A DNA stretch of 42,877 nt from IMG/VR virus record IMGVR_UViG_3300027819_000023, positions 1 to 42,877 of that record; one strand, 5' to 3'. Below the pieces are notes generated by a model. It had not been told where the DNA came from, did no database searches, and saw nothing but the letters and a program-made list of their open reading frames with translations. The translations under genes were made by a program, and so were the position numbers. The stretch is from a virus. Taxonomy: Duplodnaviria > Caudoviricetes. This document shows, piece after piece, positions 23,778 through 34,161 of the stretch (position 1 is its first letter; every line of letters starts with the position of its first letter).

Positions 23778-23966
23778 ATGGAAAAAACAGGAAAAAAAGA
23801 TTTTGATCTTGGAGAACACAAAAAAGATATTCACTATGTTGAAACCAAAAAAGAAGATTATGTTGTCAAGAAATATAGTGATGGTTGTAAATTAAAGTAT
23901 CATAAGAATTTATCTGGCAAAGCAATTAGCCATGATAGGCATGAGTGGATTATATACCAACATTGA
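23778..23966 (+). CDS. DGC-domain protein (paralogue C)
   Basis: FDLGEHKKD..Y...YSDGCKLKY...WIIYQH. Confidence 0.65.
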   Translation: MEKTGKKDFDLGEHKKDIHYVETKKEDYVVKKYSDGCKLKYHKNLSGKAISHDRHEWIIYQH

Positions 23967-24006
23967 AAATATTATTTTGTAAATAACTTTTTATAGGAGC
24001 AATAAC

Positions 24007-24855
24007 ATGCCGCAAGAAGAAAAACAGGGTGGAACGGCAACTCTGCAAGATATTGTTGAAGAAAAAGAGGAAGAAATAAAAGAACCCGAAGATAATACTA
24101 CGGAGAAAGAACATAAAAACGAACCACGCGAAGGCAGTAAACGATGGAATGAGGTTTATTACGAGGCCAAAGAGGCCAAAAGGCGAAACGAACAATTAGA
24201 AAAGGATTTAGATGCTCTCCGTAAGCATAATAACGAAATGATGGAGGTGTTTAAGAATAATACATCCCCTGATTCGCCGCAGAATGTAAATAAAGAATTG
24301 AAAGAATTAAAGGCACAGAAGAGGGAGCTTGTCAAGAATCAAGAATGGGATAAGATTGCCGATATAGAAGACAAGATGGACGAACTCAGGGACAAAATAT
24401 ATTCAAACCCACATAAAAAGGAAACTATAAAAGAGGAAGATATTGAAAAGATTGTAGAAAAAAAGGTTCTTTTCACAAATGAGAAAAAAGCACTAGAGGA
24501 TTTTCAGGAAAACACAGAATGGTTTAATCCTGAATCTCCGAACTATGATGAATACATGGCTGCTACTGCCATAGGACTTGATAGGAAATTACAGAATACT
24601 TTTGAGGGTTCTCTGCAAGAAAGATTGAGAGAGGTTAAGAAGAAAGTTGAAGAAAAATACGGATATAAGAAAAGAAATAAAAGCTCTCCTCCTGTAGAAG
24701 GTGTTGGTGATGAAGGCAAAGAAAGAGGTAAAGATAAAATCGACTTATCGCCTGAAGAATTGCATGTAGCAAGAAGTCAATTCCCTGGCGACCCGGACGC
24801 AGCCAAGAAGTATTACGAACAAAAACAATTACTTGCTAAAAATAGGAGAAAATAA
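24007..24855 (+). CDS. Capsid scaffolding protein
   Basis: Acidic coiled coil, N.WF, C-terminal LSPEE..VA....Y..QK motif; upstream of the capsid gene. Confidence 0.75.
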   Translation: MPQEEKQGGTATLQDIVEEKEEEIKEPEDNTTEKEHKNEPREGSKRWNEVYYEAKEAKRRNEQLEKDLDALRKHNNEMMEVFKNNTSPDSPQNVNKELKELKAQKRELVKNQEWDKIADIEDKMDELRDKIYSNPHKKETIKEEDIEKIVEKKVLFTNEKKALEDFQENTEWFNPESPNYDEYMAATAIGLDRKLQNTFEGSLQERLREVKKKVEEKYGYKKRNKSSPPVEGVGDEGKERGKDKIDLSPEELHVARSQFPGDPDAAKKYYEQKQLLAKNRRK

Positions 24856-24857
24856 TT

Positions 24858-25448
24858 ATGTCATTTATATTCAATACAGACGGAAAGCCTTTTAATACTG
24901 CCGGAGAAGCTAATTATAAAGTTAGACAAGAACGCATAAAAGGCAAAGTAGTAAAGCATGGCGAAGGTGGATATGTAATCGAAACCAACGAAAATGATAC
25001 CGATACCAATACTTCTGCACAAGAAGAACAACCAACAGAAGTAAAAAAGAAACATAAGGTTACTAAGCCCTGGCAACCTGCAAGCCGCATTAGTATCCCA
25101 GAACATCTGAAGATTCCTGGATTCAGATACCGTTCCTGCAACACACGTTCTCCAGGCAATATACAAAAGAAAGTTGAAGAGGGCTGGATTGTAGACAAGG
25201 AACTTTCCAAAAAAATGGAACACGTAGCGACCGTTGAAGATGGACATAAAATTGACGGTACGACACGCTTTAGAGAATTAATCGTTATGCGTATACCGGA
25301 AGAGGTAGCACAAGGCAGAGATGAATATTACGCAAAACGCTCAATGGACCCCAAGAAACAAGCAAAAGCAGATTTAAGGAAAATCGGCATACAAACGTAT
25401 GAACCGAAAGAAGCACAAGAAGAAAATGAACATTTAGTCGAAGTTTAG
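24858..25448 (+). CDS. Conserved head-module protein
   Basis: PGFRYR...EEGW...LIVMRIPEE....RDEYY motif; between scaffold and capsid genes. Confidence 0.6.
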   Translation: MSFIFNTDGKPFNTAGEANYKVRQERIKGKVVKHGEGGYVIETNENDTDTNTSAQEEQPTEVKKKHKVTKPWQPASRISIPEHLKIPGFRYRSCNTRSPGNIQKKVEEGWIVDKELSKKMEHVATVEDGHKIDGTTRFRELIVMRIPEEVAQGRDEYYAKRSMDPKKQAKADLRKIGIQTYEPKEAQEENEHLVEV

Positions 25449-25458
25449 GAGGTAAATT

Positions 25459-25977
25459 ATGGCAAATACTGATGATCCAAGAGGCGGATATCCTATCCGT
25501 CATTTGTGTGGTGGCGAGATAAGGTCGAACCCTTACACACTGACAACTGGTGCGCGGGTTTATCAAGGCGATCAAGTTGAACTTGCTGATGATGGAACTG
25601 TAGCTGTTTCAGAAGCGGGAGATGCAACGGCAGCCATTGGTTTTGCCGCAGAGCATAAGAACGATTCAGCCAGTGCTGGGGGCTTGAAAATTTTGATTTA
25701 TGATGACCCTAACATTGTTTTTGGTATTCAGCAACAAACTGGTGGTACTATTGCGGCTGCTGATGTAGGGCTTTGTGCTGACCATGTTGCTGGTAGTGGT
25801 AATACGACCACATTGCAATCTGGGCACGAATTAAGCTTAACAGTGGCTACCACAGCGGCACAATTTTTAATTATTGGTAAAGTAAGCGAACCTAATAATG
25901 ACTGGGGCGAACATTGTGATTTAGAAGTCATTTTCAATGAGCATCGTTACAAGGGTGCTGGTTCGGCAGGTGTATAA
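25459..25977 (+). CDS. Capsid decoration/cement protein
   Basis: MANTDDPRG..P, YQGD.V, DDPN..F; Gly/Ala-rich; directly before the MCP. Confidence 0.65.
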   Translation: MANTDDPRGGYPIRHLCGGEIRSNPYTLTTGARVYQGDQVELADDGTVAVSEAGDATAAIGFAAEHKNDSASAGGLKILIYDDPNIVFGIQQQTGGTIAAADVGLCADHVAGSGNTTTLQSGHELSLTVATTAAQFLIIGKVSEPNNDWGEHCDLEVIFNEHRYKGAGSAGV

Positions 25978-25988
25978 GGAGATAAACT

Positions 25989-26888
25989 ATGCCTATAAAT
26001 ACAGGTAATTTTGGAGAATTGTTAGAACCTGGGTTATTTAAGATATTTGGTGATGAATATCCAAAACACCCGGAAGAGTGGGTACAGAGTGGATTTGAAG
26101 TCCGTAATTCAACGAAATTAACGGAACATTCGTTGAATATCACAGGTCTTGGTCTGATGACCGAAAAAGGTCAGGGGCAAGGCGTAACCTATGATACTAT
26201 GTATCAAGGTGCAAAGCATAGCGTCACTCACACAACTTATGGTCTTGGTGTGATAATTACAGAAGAAATGTATGAGTTTGACCAGTATGACCGCATTAAT
26301 CAGGCTCCGGCAATGTTGGCACGTTCTGCTGCCTATACATTGAATATCATAACAGCGAATGTTTTGAATAGGGCTTTCAATGCTTCTTATACTGGTGGTG
26401 ATGGCAAAGTTTTGTGCGCAACAGACCATGTGTTATATCGCGGTGGCGGTTCTTTTAAGAATCGTCCAACAAATCATGCTGACCTTAGCCCGACATCGTT
26501 TGAGCAGGCAATGATTGATATAGGCGATTATGTTGATGATGCAGGGAATGTGTTTCCGGTAATGGCCAAGAAATTGGTAATTGCTAACGAAAATGACTGG
26601 GCTGCTACTACATTGCTGTATTCTACCCTTGACCCGGATACTGCAAACAATGCAGTGAATCCGGCAAAAGGCAGAGTACCATATTTCATAAATCATTTTT
26701 TGACCGACCCTGATGCTTGGTTCATTATTACTGATGTGCCAAATGGATTAATATTCCATATTAATAAGAGACCAAAGTTTACCAGGGACAATGACTTTGA
26801 TTCTGAGAATGCAAAGTTCAAAGTTGTAGCAAGAGGAGTGCCTACATGGGACGACCCACGGGCTGTTTACGGTAATGCAGGAGCATAA
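25989..26888 (+). CDS. Major capsid protein (HK97 fold, Mu gpT-like)
   Basis: LLEPGL, HTTYGLG..ITEE, GGDGKVL...H, HFLTDPDAWF, DPRAVYG. Confidence 0.9.
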   Translation: MPINTGNFGELLEPGLFKIFGDEYPKHPEEWVQSGFEVRNSTKLTEHSLNITGLGLMTEKGQGQGVTYDTMYQGAKHSVTHTTYGLGVIITEEMYEFDQYDRINQAPAMLARSAAYTLNIITANVLNRAFNASYTGGDGKVLCATDHVLYRGGGSFKNRPTNHADLSPTSFEQAMIDIGDYVDDAGNVFPVMAKKLVIANENDWAATTLLYSTLDPDTANNAVNPAKGRVPYFINHFLTDPDAWFIITDVPNGLIFHINKRPKFTRDNDFDSENAKFKVVARGVPTWDDPRAVYGNAGA

Positions 26889-26900
26889 GGAGGATAAAAA

Positions 26901-27869
26901 ATGTTTAAGAAGCTAATTGCCTCTATCATGCTGATGGGTTGTATTGCCACACCTGCATTTGCTGAATTATCAGTTTATCCCAAAGGGTTTCCGAATGGCA
27001 TAAGCATTAGAGGTATGTCAATACTCAATACATATTCTGGAAATGTGTATTGGGTTGGTTCTGGAACTGCAAATGCAAGCAATAGCAATAAAGGAGATAC
27101 GCCAGAAAGACCATTCGCTACGATTACTTATGTATTAAGTAATAAAGTGACTGCCAATAATGGTGATATTATCATGGTAAAGCCTGGTCATACCGAAGAT
27201 ATGGGCAATACGTCTATCACCATGAGCACAGGTGGAGTTGCTATTGTAGGATTGGGGGTAGGTTCTAATAGACCCACATTTACTTGGGGAACAAACTCTA
27301 CCAAAATCCAGGTCATAGGGAACAACAATACATTTAAGAATCTGTACTTTGATATGACAGGCGCAGGTAGTGTTTCGACAGGTATAGACATTGATGCAAA
27401 TTATACTACCTTAGAGGATTGTGAAATATTACAATCTGATTCGAGCGGGCAGTGTAATATGGCAATAGACGTAGGTACTTCTGCTGCTACTGTAATAAAT
27501 AAATTAAAAGTTGTTGCAAATACAGCAAGCCCACAAGCTGCCATTAATATTTCCGATACAGCAGCGCAGCTAGTGGTGAGTGATTGCTGGATTGACGGTA
27601 ATTATGGCAGTGCAACAATAAGCAATCCAAGTGGGGCGGTTGCTACTAATTTATTAATCAAAGATAACTTTTTAAGGAATCAGAAAAGTGCTGTAATTGC
27701 ATTGGATTTAAACAGTGCATGTACTGGAATTTTATCAGGCAATGTATATCATTCCAATGTTGGTTCAAGTACAGGTGCGGTTGATCCTGGCTCGATGTTT
27801 TCCTATCAGAATTACAGTGTCAGCGCAGTAGACAAATCAGCAGTATTATCACCAGTATCTTTGGATTAG
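26901..27869 (+). CDS. Beta-helix virion-associated protein with N-terminal signal peptide
   Basis: MFKKLIASIMLMGCIATPAFA; FPNG; GDTPERPFATI and GDII.V.PGH beta-helix cap motifs. Confidence 0.7.
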   Translation: MFKKLIASIMLMGCIATPAFAELSVYPKGFPNGISIRGMSILNTYSGNVYWVGSGTANASNSNKGDTPERPFATITYVLSNKVTANNGDIIMVKPGHTEDMGNTSITMSTGGVAIVGLGVGSNRPTFTWGTNSTKIQVIGNNNTFKNLYFDMTGAGSVSTGIDIDANYTTLEDCEILQSDSSGQCNMAIDVGTSAATVINKLKVVANTASPQAAINISDTAAQLVVSDCWIDGNYGSATISNPSGAVATNLLIKDNFLRNQKSAVIALDLNSACTGILSGNVYHSNVGSSTGAVDPGSMFSYQNYSVSAVDKSAVLSPVSLD

Positions 27870-27881
27870 TTTGATCTAAAC

Positions 27882-27908
27882 GGGGAGGGGTAAAATAGAC
27901 CCCTCCCC
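27882..27908 (+). terminator. Hairpin after the capsid operon
   Basis: GGGGAGGGGT/ACCCCTCCCC, weak T tail. Confidence 0.6.
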
Positions 27909-27925
27909 ATTATTAGGGGAAAGTT

Positions 27926-28444
27926 ATGAAAGTTCTCAGTAAATTATGTTGTATTGCATTAATAGTATTTATTCCAAGTGCTGTTTATGCTTTTACTGAA
28001 AATGGCATAACTGGAACAACTACTGTTGAAAATACAATTTCATCTGATTTTTCATCCTATGGACAAATATTAATAAAGGAGGTGACTAGACATAATTCCA
28101 CAGATATTACTAAAGTTGTTGGTACGGGAACTTACATTTATAATGATGCCAGTGGAACATCTTCAACTGCTGGAAGCGTAAATATCAAAGGAATGACTTC
28201 TGTTTCAGAAATGCTTAGTCTTGTTACGTATCCCGGAGGAACTGTTTCGGCTACCATAGAAATAGGCATAGGTTCAAATACTACTTGGTATACTGTGGTT
28301 ACTAATGAATTTACCGCAACAAGTACGGTATATTTTTATGAAGGAACACATACTGCCGATAGGATAAGAACAGGATGGAAAACTAATACGGCTGGTTCGA
28401 CAACTGTAAAAGATATTGGTTCTTATAAAAAGATTTTGAAATAA
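27926..28444 (+). CDS. Thr/Ser-rich beta protein with signal peptide
   Basis: MKVLSKLCCIALIVFIPSAVYA; located in the virion module. Confidence 0.65.
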   Translation: MKVLSKLCCIALIVFIPSAVYAFTENGITGTTTVENTISSDFSSYGQILIKEVTRHNSTDITKVVGTGTYIYNDASGTSSTAGSVNIKGMTSVSEMLSLVTYPGGTVSATIEIGIGSNTTWYTVVTNEFTATSTVYFYEGTHTADRIRTGWKTNTAGSTTVKDIGSYKKILK

Positions 28445-28644
28445 TGCGACAATATCCAAAAAGTAGGTATCAGGGAGGGACTTATAAAAGAGAATGCGAC
28501 AGATGCGGGTTTGATTTTTTAAGAAATGAATTACAAAAAGAAGCAGATACAAATGCTATTGTATGTGATGATTGTTTAGATGAGTATGACCCACAGAAAC
28601 ATATAAAGAAAAGAATACGAGAAAAACCATTCAGGAGAGATTAG
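28444..28644 (+). CDS. Small Zn-finger head-completion protein
   Basis: CDRCGF...VCDDCLD...PQ. Confidence 0.65.
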   Translation: MRQYPKSRYQGGTYKRECDRCGFDFLRNELQKEADTNAIVCDDCLDEYDPQKHIKKRIREKPFRRD

Positions 28645-28647
28645 TAA

Positions 28648-29973
28648 ATGCTGATTAGTGTTCATGGTTTTGGTAGTGGTAAAACTGTCAGCTATATGCT
28701 TCTCGATAAGGATGGTAATACTATCCTTGATTTCACATCCACCGATGTAACCGAGAGAGTTATTGATTCGACTGCTGGGGAATCAACATATCAAATAGAT
28801 TTATCAGATTTCGCAACAGGGACACAATTTGCGGTAATTTGGAAAACAAACGATGCGGCACCCTGGACTTCTTCAGAACGATTCAATATACGCACACCTG
28901 TTTTTGCTCATGGTTTTGGTTCGGGCAAAACTGTATCTTATAAAGTAATAGAAAAAGACGGCACAATTGATACCGACTGGACAACCACGGGAGTAACAGA
29001 GGTTGTAGTGGTTGCAGGTGTCGAATCCGTTTATTATGTAACACCTTCAGAAATAGACGATGATTTTGAGGGTCATGTATTCTTCAAAACATCTGATGCC
29101 ACGCCTTTAACAGCAGCCGAAACCTTTGCGCTTTATTCTACGGCAGATACTACCAGCGATTGGACAGTTAAAAGATACGATATAATTAAGGATGCTTTAC
29201 AAATATTGGCAGTTGTCGGGGAAAGCGAAGAGCCTACCTCAAACCAAGTGGAATTTGCAAACGTGAGATTAAATGCCGTAATGAAGGCATTGCAAACAAG
29301 AGGCATGATGGTATGGCTACAGCAATGGAGTCAGAAGACATTTACGGCTTCAAGTAAAAAATTAGGTACGGACGCAGAAACATATACTTGCATTCAAGGG
29401 CATACAGCATCCAGTACAAACAAACCAATAACCGGAGCTAACTATACATCTGTATGGAAGAAAACTGGTAGTGGTGGTACGACATGGGTAAGCGGATCGT
29501 CATATACCGCGATAGGAGATTTCGATTTGTCTGCTTCAGTGACAAATATAAAGAAAGCATTTATCAGAGACGGAAGCACTGATACCACTTTAGACATTGT
29601 AGTTATTGATGAATATTTCGACATGGCTGATAAAACCACAACTGGAACACCTACAATGTTGGTATTTGTAAAAAAACCTATTCCGCATGTTTATTTGTGG
29701 CCTCAGCCAGACGATACAACTCTTGTTTTGCATTATCTTGAAGAAAGACGCATAAGGGATTTCGACACTACAAAAACTGCCATAGATTTTGATGTAAAAT
29801 TTGTCAATGCCGTAACATTACAATTAGCTTATTCAATGAGTTATAAATATGGACGTAAACTTTCAGACAGGGAATTATTGAGAAGGGATGCAGAAGAAGC
29901 TTTCTTTTACGCTCTTGGTGATAGTAGAGAGACAAACGAAACTACTTGCTTTGTACCAGCAATGAGGAATTAA
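28648..29973 (+). CDS. Head-tail adaptor (P22 gp4/T7 gp11-like) with extra domains
   Basis: IIKDALQIL...E.P......LN; GTP, YLWPQPD, LAY; N-terminal tandem duplication. Confidence 0.65.
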   Translation: MLISVHGFGSGKTVSYMLLDKDGNTILDFTSTDVTERVIDSTAGESTYQIDLSDFATGTQFAVIWKTNDAAPWTSSERFNIRTPVFAHGFGSGKTVSYKVIEKDGTIDTDWTTTGVTEVVVVAGVESVYYVTPSEIDDDFEGHVFFKTSDATPLTAAETFALYSTADTTSDWTVKRYDIIKDALQILAVVGESEEPTSNQVEFANVRLNAVMKALQTRGMMVWLQQWSQKTFTASSKKLGTDAETYTCIQGHTASSTNKPITGANYTSVWKKTGSGGTTWVSGSSYTAIGDFDLSASVTNIKKAFIRDGSTDTTLDIVVIDEYFDMADKTTTGTPTMLVFVKKPIPHVYLWPQPDDTTLVLHYLEERRIRDFDTTKTAIDFDVKFVNAVTLQLAYSMSYKYGRKLSDRELLRRDAEEAFFYALGDSRETNETTCFVPAMRN

Positions 29974-29974
29974 T

Positions 29975-32041
29975 ATGAAATCTCTTAAAATATCAATAAT
30001 AATCTCGCTTGTATTCTCAGGTATAATATTTTGCATAGGCAGTGCTTATCCAGCCAACACAGCCACACAGATCGATTTTATTTTGAATGGATTAAATGAT
30101 ACAAAGGGTAATCCTCTCTCTGGTGGTAAGATAGAAGTTTATTCGGCTGGATTAACTACTGGTAAGAATGTATGGAGTGACAAGAATAAGACAACTGTGC
30201 TTGCAAATGGTTCTGTTGCTTCTGGTACACCAATAAAGCTTGATACGTATGGTAAAAAGCTTTGTTATGGTGATGGTTGGTATAAATTTACGGTTAAAAA
30301 TTCAGCAGATGTGACCTTGTTTACTGTGGACAATATCTACATCGGTAATAGAGACGGCAGCCGATATGATGTATCTGATTACAATGATTTAGGGGCTGCT
30401 GTGACTGCGATAGCTTCTAATAATGCAATACTAGAAATAAGGTCAAATGTATCTGTGGGAACAAATACTACAATTCCGTCAAATATTACTGTGGAAGTTT
30501 CTAGGGCTGGTAAATTCACAAAGTCAGGGGCAACATTAACAATTAATGGTAATTTAGATACGCATGATGGATTGATATTTGATGGATTTACGACTACTGA
30601 TATTACTCTTAATCCTCTTTATGTTAAAGAAGTACATCCGCAATGGTGGGGGTTTGCCACAACGGCATCGGAAGCAAACAATCTTACATATTTAACGGCT
30701 GCAATAAATGCTGGCGTGCAAGATGTTGTTGTCCCTTCGGGTTCATTTCCTTTGGATGCCTTTACGATTAATAAAAGCGTGAGTATTAGGGGTGTAATCA
30801 GTAAGGATAACGAAAGTACAAAAGAAACCATATTCACTAACGGGGATGCTGCTACTGTAATGAAAATATCTGGCACTGTATCGGTTCATTTAAGTGATTT
30901 TCAAATACAGTCTTCCGTTGCAGGTGGTAGCGAAATTGACATCGAAGGCAATGCTGATAATGTGTTAATAGAAAGGCTTTGGATTGAGAATACCGCGGGG
31001 GGCAGTGCTGGCCAATATGGTATACGATTTAATGCCTCTGGCGGTAATGGTGATATAGAAAATCCAATAATTGATAATTGTGTATTTGTTGGAATTTATT
31101 ACAATATTTTACACAATGATGTATCTGGAACTGGCAGAGTCATAAAGCTCATTGTTAGGAATTGCAAAATGAAAGGAAGTACGAATGTATATGAATATTA
31201 CGACCCAACAGGGCAGGGATATTCGGCCACTATCCAGAACAATGAATTTAATAATTTCACGAAATTAGGTATTTATTTCGGTAGTAGCACTGGTATGACT
31301 ATTGTAGATAATAGATTTGACATAGGCTCTAATTCTTGGGATACGTTTACAGGGGCAGTAACGACACGAAATCCTATACTTTGCGGTACGACTTCTTCTC
31401 AAATAACTGCTTTTGGTAATACTTTCGTGTCGGGAGATACCGAAACAAATGCAAGAGGGAAATTATTTAAGCATCTTGACCCATCTCAGGGTAAGTATTT
31501 ATTTATTGATCCGTATGATGGAATTTATGCCGACGTCTCACAAAGATATTTCGGGGGTTTCCTTTTCAAAAACAATATAGATACCACAGGCGAAACTATC
31601 CGAGTGCAAACGAATAATTCACAAACAGCGGATTTGCTTCAATTCCAAAATGGAAGCACATCTGCTGTGTTGAGTGGTATAAATGCTTATGGAAACAAAT
31701 ACAATATGCCTGTGACTGTTACGGCCAGCGGCGGTTCAATTACTTGCAATCTTGCCAATGGTAATGTTTTTTATTACACTGCTGCGACATCCACATCTCA
31801 ATATATTGAGTTTAGTAATCATACACCGGATAGCGGCCAGTCTAGTAATAATGTACAGGTAAAATTGTTATTTGTACAAGGTGCATCAGGTGCAACGCAT
31901 ACGGTAACTTGGGCAAACAATATCTATGGCACATCGGCAGTAAGTACCGCGGTAGCAAAGAGAGATTTGTATGTGTATGACTATTTTAATCAAGGCAGTG
32001 CTACAGGTTGGTTTGCTAATAGCATAACAAAGGGAATGTAA
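29975..32041 (+). CDS. Tailspike (beta-helix depolymerase-like) with signal peptide
   Basis: DTKGNPLSGGKIEVYSAGLTT..PIKLD..G particle-binding domain, PQWWG, beta-helix repeats. Confidence 0.8.
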   Translation: MKSLKISIIISLVFSGIIFCIGSAYPANTATQIDFILNGLNDTKGNPLSGGKIEVYSAGLTTGKNVWSDKNKTTVLANGSVASGTPIKLDTYGKKLCYGDGWYKFTVKNSADVTLFTVDNIYIGNRDGSRYDVSDYNDLGAAVTAIASNNAILEIRSNVSVGTNTTIPSNITVEVSRAGKFTKSGATLTINGNLDTHDGLIFDGFTTTDITLNPLYVKEVHPQWWGFATTASEANNLTYLTAAINAGVQDVVVPSGSFPLDAFTINKSVSIRGVISKDNESTKETIFTNGDAATVMKISGTVSVHLSDFQIQSSVAGGSEIDIEGNADNVLIERLWIENTAGGSAGQYGIRFNASGGNGDIENPIIDNCVFVGIYYNILHNDVSGTGRVIKLIVRNCKMKGSTNVYEYYDPTGQGYSATIQNNEFNNFTKLGIYFGSSTGMTIVDNRFDIGSNSWDTFTGAVTTRNPILCGTTSSQITAFGNTFVSGDTETNARGKLFKHLDPSQGKYLFIDPYDGIYADVSQRYFGGFLFKNNIDTTGETIRVQTNNSQTADLLQFQNGSTSAVLSGINAYGNKYNMPVTVTASGGSITCNLANGNVFYYTAATSTSQYIEFSNHTPDSGQSSNNVQVKLLFVQGASGATHTVTWANNIYGTSAVSTAVAKRDLYVYDYFNQGSATGWFANSITKGM

Positions 32042-33552
32042 TGCCAAATGTAAAGATTCCATTAAATTCAGAGCCAAACAAAGATGAAGATGGAGTCGTC
32101 CTTGTTGATGGGGCTGGTTGCGACCTTATCAATGGGTTTATTTCAAGATTTGGGGCGCTCCATAGACGTTGGGGATTGAAGAACTTCGTATCGCTTGATA
32201 TGGGAACTATACTTGGTGTTTATAATTGGGAAAAAGAGAATTTACTCATTGCCGCTTCTGGTGAAAAGATATATACGATAGACAAGTACGGTACAATAAA
32301 AAATATAACAGGCGACAAACTTCAATCTTCTGGAAGGGTAAAGTTTGCGGAGGACTATGATTTTGTGTATATGGCAAATGGTGGTAAGGTTGTGGCTTAT
32401 GCTACCTTCTTGCAATATTTACAGCAAAATATTGACCATCCCGATCTTGCAGAAAGAAGTACAGATGGTAATTTAGGCAATCTGGATGTGGATTATGATT
32501 ATACGGATTCAACTATTTATATGCCTGACGAACACGCCCCTACAAGCGTGACCAATTTGGGCATGATAGACACATACATGCTTATGAATAACAAAGGTGA
32601 CGATTTTCTTACTTATTCTGAAGTAAGCGAACCCTTGAATGTGTCGGCGCTTAATTTCTTTAGGGCTGAATCTAAAAGTGATAACATTGTAAATTTTGCC
32701 ACGGAAAGAGGAGAAATAACTGCCTTCGGTAGCAAAACAATAGAATTCTGGCAAAACGATGGTGTGTCACCTTTTAGTAAAATAGGCGGACTCGACATTG
32801 ACCGGGGCTTGGGTGCAGCCGATTCTCTTGTACCCATGAACGGTGGATTTATGTTTTTAGACCATGAACGCAAACTTATATTCCTTTCTGGTAGAAATCC
32901 CCAGGTTATGAGCGTGTCTTGGGATAAGGAATTGCATAGAATAAAGAATATCGAAGACACTATCGCGGACAATATCGCCGTGGATGGAAATATGCTTTAT
33001 GTATTCTCTTTTCCAACGGATGGCAAAACTTATGTTTTCGATTCAAGACTAAACAGATTTCAGGGTGAATGGGCTTCGTGGGATACGGCTAGGGCTGATT
33101 ATTCGAGATGGAGAGGTAATTGCTATACATACATTCCGCAATGGGGTAAGCATCTAGTTGGTGACATAAACAATGGCACTATATACGAAATCAGGAACGA
33201 TTACTATAAAGACGGTGACAATCCTATACGGCTACAATGGACTTCGGGGCATGTTTCACATGGAACAAATCAGTATAAGCAAAGCAATAGGTTGATGATA
33301 ACTTTAAAGCGTGGTTCAGATACAGCATTGTCTCAGAATCCAAGATGTCATATTAGTTGGAGAGACGACAATAAGCCAGATTGGTCAAATGGTAGGGATA
33401 TTGATTTGGGCAACGTAGGTGATACCGAAATGGTAAAAACATTACATGCTTTAGGGCAATACAGGAATAGACAATACAGGATTGAATATTCTGATGAATC
33501 AGATTTTATCATAGTCAATATTGAAGAAGATGCTGACATTTTAGATAGATAG
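32041..33552 (+). CDS. Tail nozzle/DNA stabilisation protein (P22 gp10-like)
   Basis: AESKSDNI, FGSKTIEFW, LVGD..NG, SWRDD...WSN, LGQYRNR. Confidence 0.85.
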   Translation: MPNVKIPLNSEPNKDEDGVVLVDGAGCDLINGFISRFGALHRRWGLKNFVSLDMGTILGVYNWEKENLLIAASGEKIYTIDKYGTIKNITGDKLQSSGRVKFAEDYDFVYMANGGKVVAYATFLQYLQQNIDHPDLAERSTDGNLGNLDVDYDYTDSTIYMPDEHAPTSVTNLGMIDTYMLMNNKGDDFLTYSEVSEPLNVSALNFFRAESKSDNIVNFATERGEITAFGSKTIEFWQNDGVSPFSKIGGLDIDRGLGAADSLVPMNGGFMFLDHERKLIFLSGRNPQVMSVSWDKELHRIKNIEDTIADNIAVDGNMLYVFSFPTDGKTYVFDSRLNRFQGEWASWDTARADYSRWRGNCYTYIPQWGKHLVGDINNGTIYEIRNDYYKDGDNPIRLQWTSGHVSHGTNQYKQSNRLMITLKRGSDTALSQNPRCHISWRDDNKPDWSNGRDIDLGNVGDTEMVKTLHALGQYRNRQYRIEYSDESDFIIVNIEEDADILDR

Positions 33553-33561
33553 GGAGAAAAT

Positions 33562-34161
33562 ATGGCTGATCCAGCATTTGATGGTGAAAAAATTGCAGAT
33601 TTAGATGTTGATAATGTCGCAGAAGGTTCGACAAAATTAAAACATCTTAATAATGCTATAAGAGAAAGTATCTCTTGTCTGCAAACTACTTTTAAAGTAG
33701 AGCATGATAATGATACAGGTAAACATACAAAGAGATTTTTTCACGAAACTGTTCAGCTTACTAAAGCCGCAGCAGATACATCTGTTGAAATAATACCCGA
33801 CACTGATGTTACCGACGACAGGATTCTTTACTTGACAGGTTTCCTTGTGTTTAATCCTGGTGCGGCATGGACTGGTGGAAGTTTTGGTAATGTTGCAATA
33901 AAAGACAATGCAGATGTTGTTTTCGTGAGAATAAAAGAAGCTGGATTGGGGGAAAATAATTACACAACAATAGGGAGCAATATAAATGGACTTGATGGAG
34001 GCACTTCGGCAAGTACATCATGTTTGAATTTTACAAATACATCTCCCATGCTTATGGGCGTAGGCGGTACAGCCAATAAAGGATTAAAAGTAATAGCAAA
34101 TGCAATACCGACATCTGGCGGGTCAAGTATTTATGTCACTGCTTGGGGATTCATATATTAA
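33562..34161 (+). CDS. Tail-associated protein
   Basis: 199 aa; EHDNDTGKH motif; position in tail module. Confidence 0.55.
   Translation: MADPAFDGEKIADLDVDNVAEGSTKLKHLNNAIRESISCLQTTFKVEHDNDTGKHTKRFFHETVQLTKAAADTSVEIIPDTDVTDDRILYLTGFLVFNPGAAWTGGSFGNVAIKDNADVVFVRIKEAGLGENNYTTIGSNINGLDGGTSASTSCLNFTNTSPMLMGVGGTANKGLKVIANAIPTSGGSSIYVTAWGFIY

Noticed and set aside
28660-28935. HGFGSGKT looks like a Walker A motif (twice)
   Set aside because: Spacing is GxxxGKT, not GxxxxGKT; no Walker B; it lies in short beta-rich repeats of a structural protein
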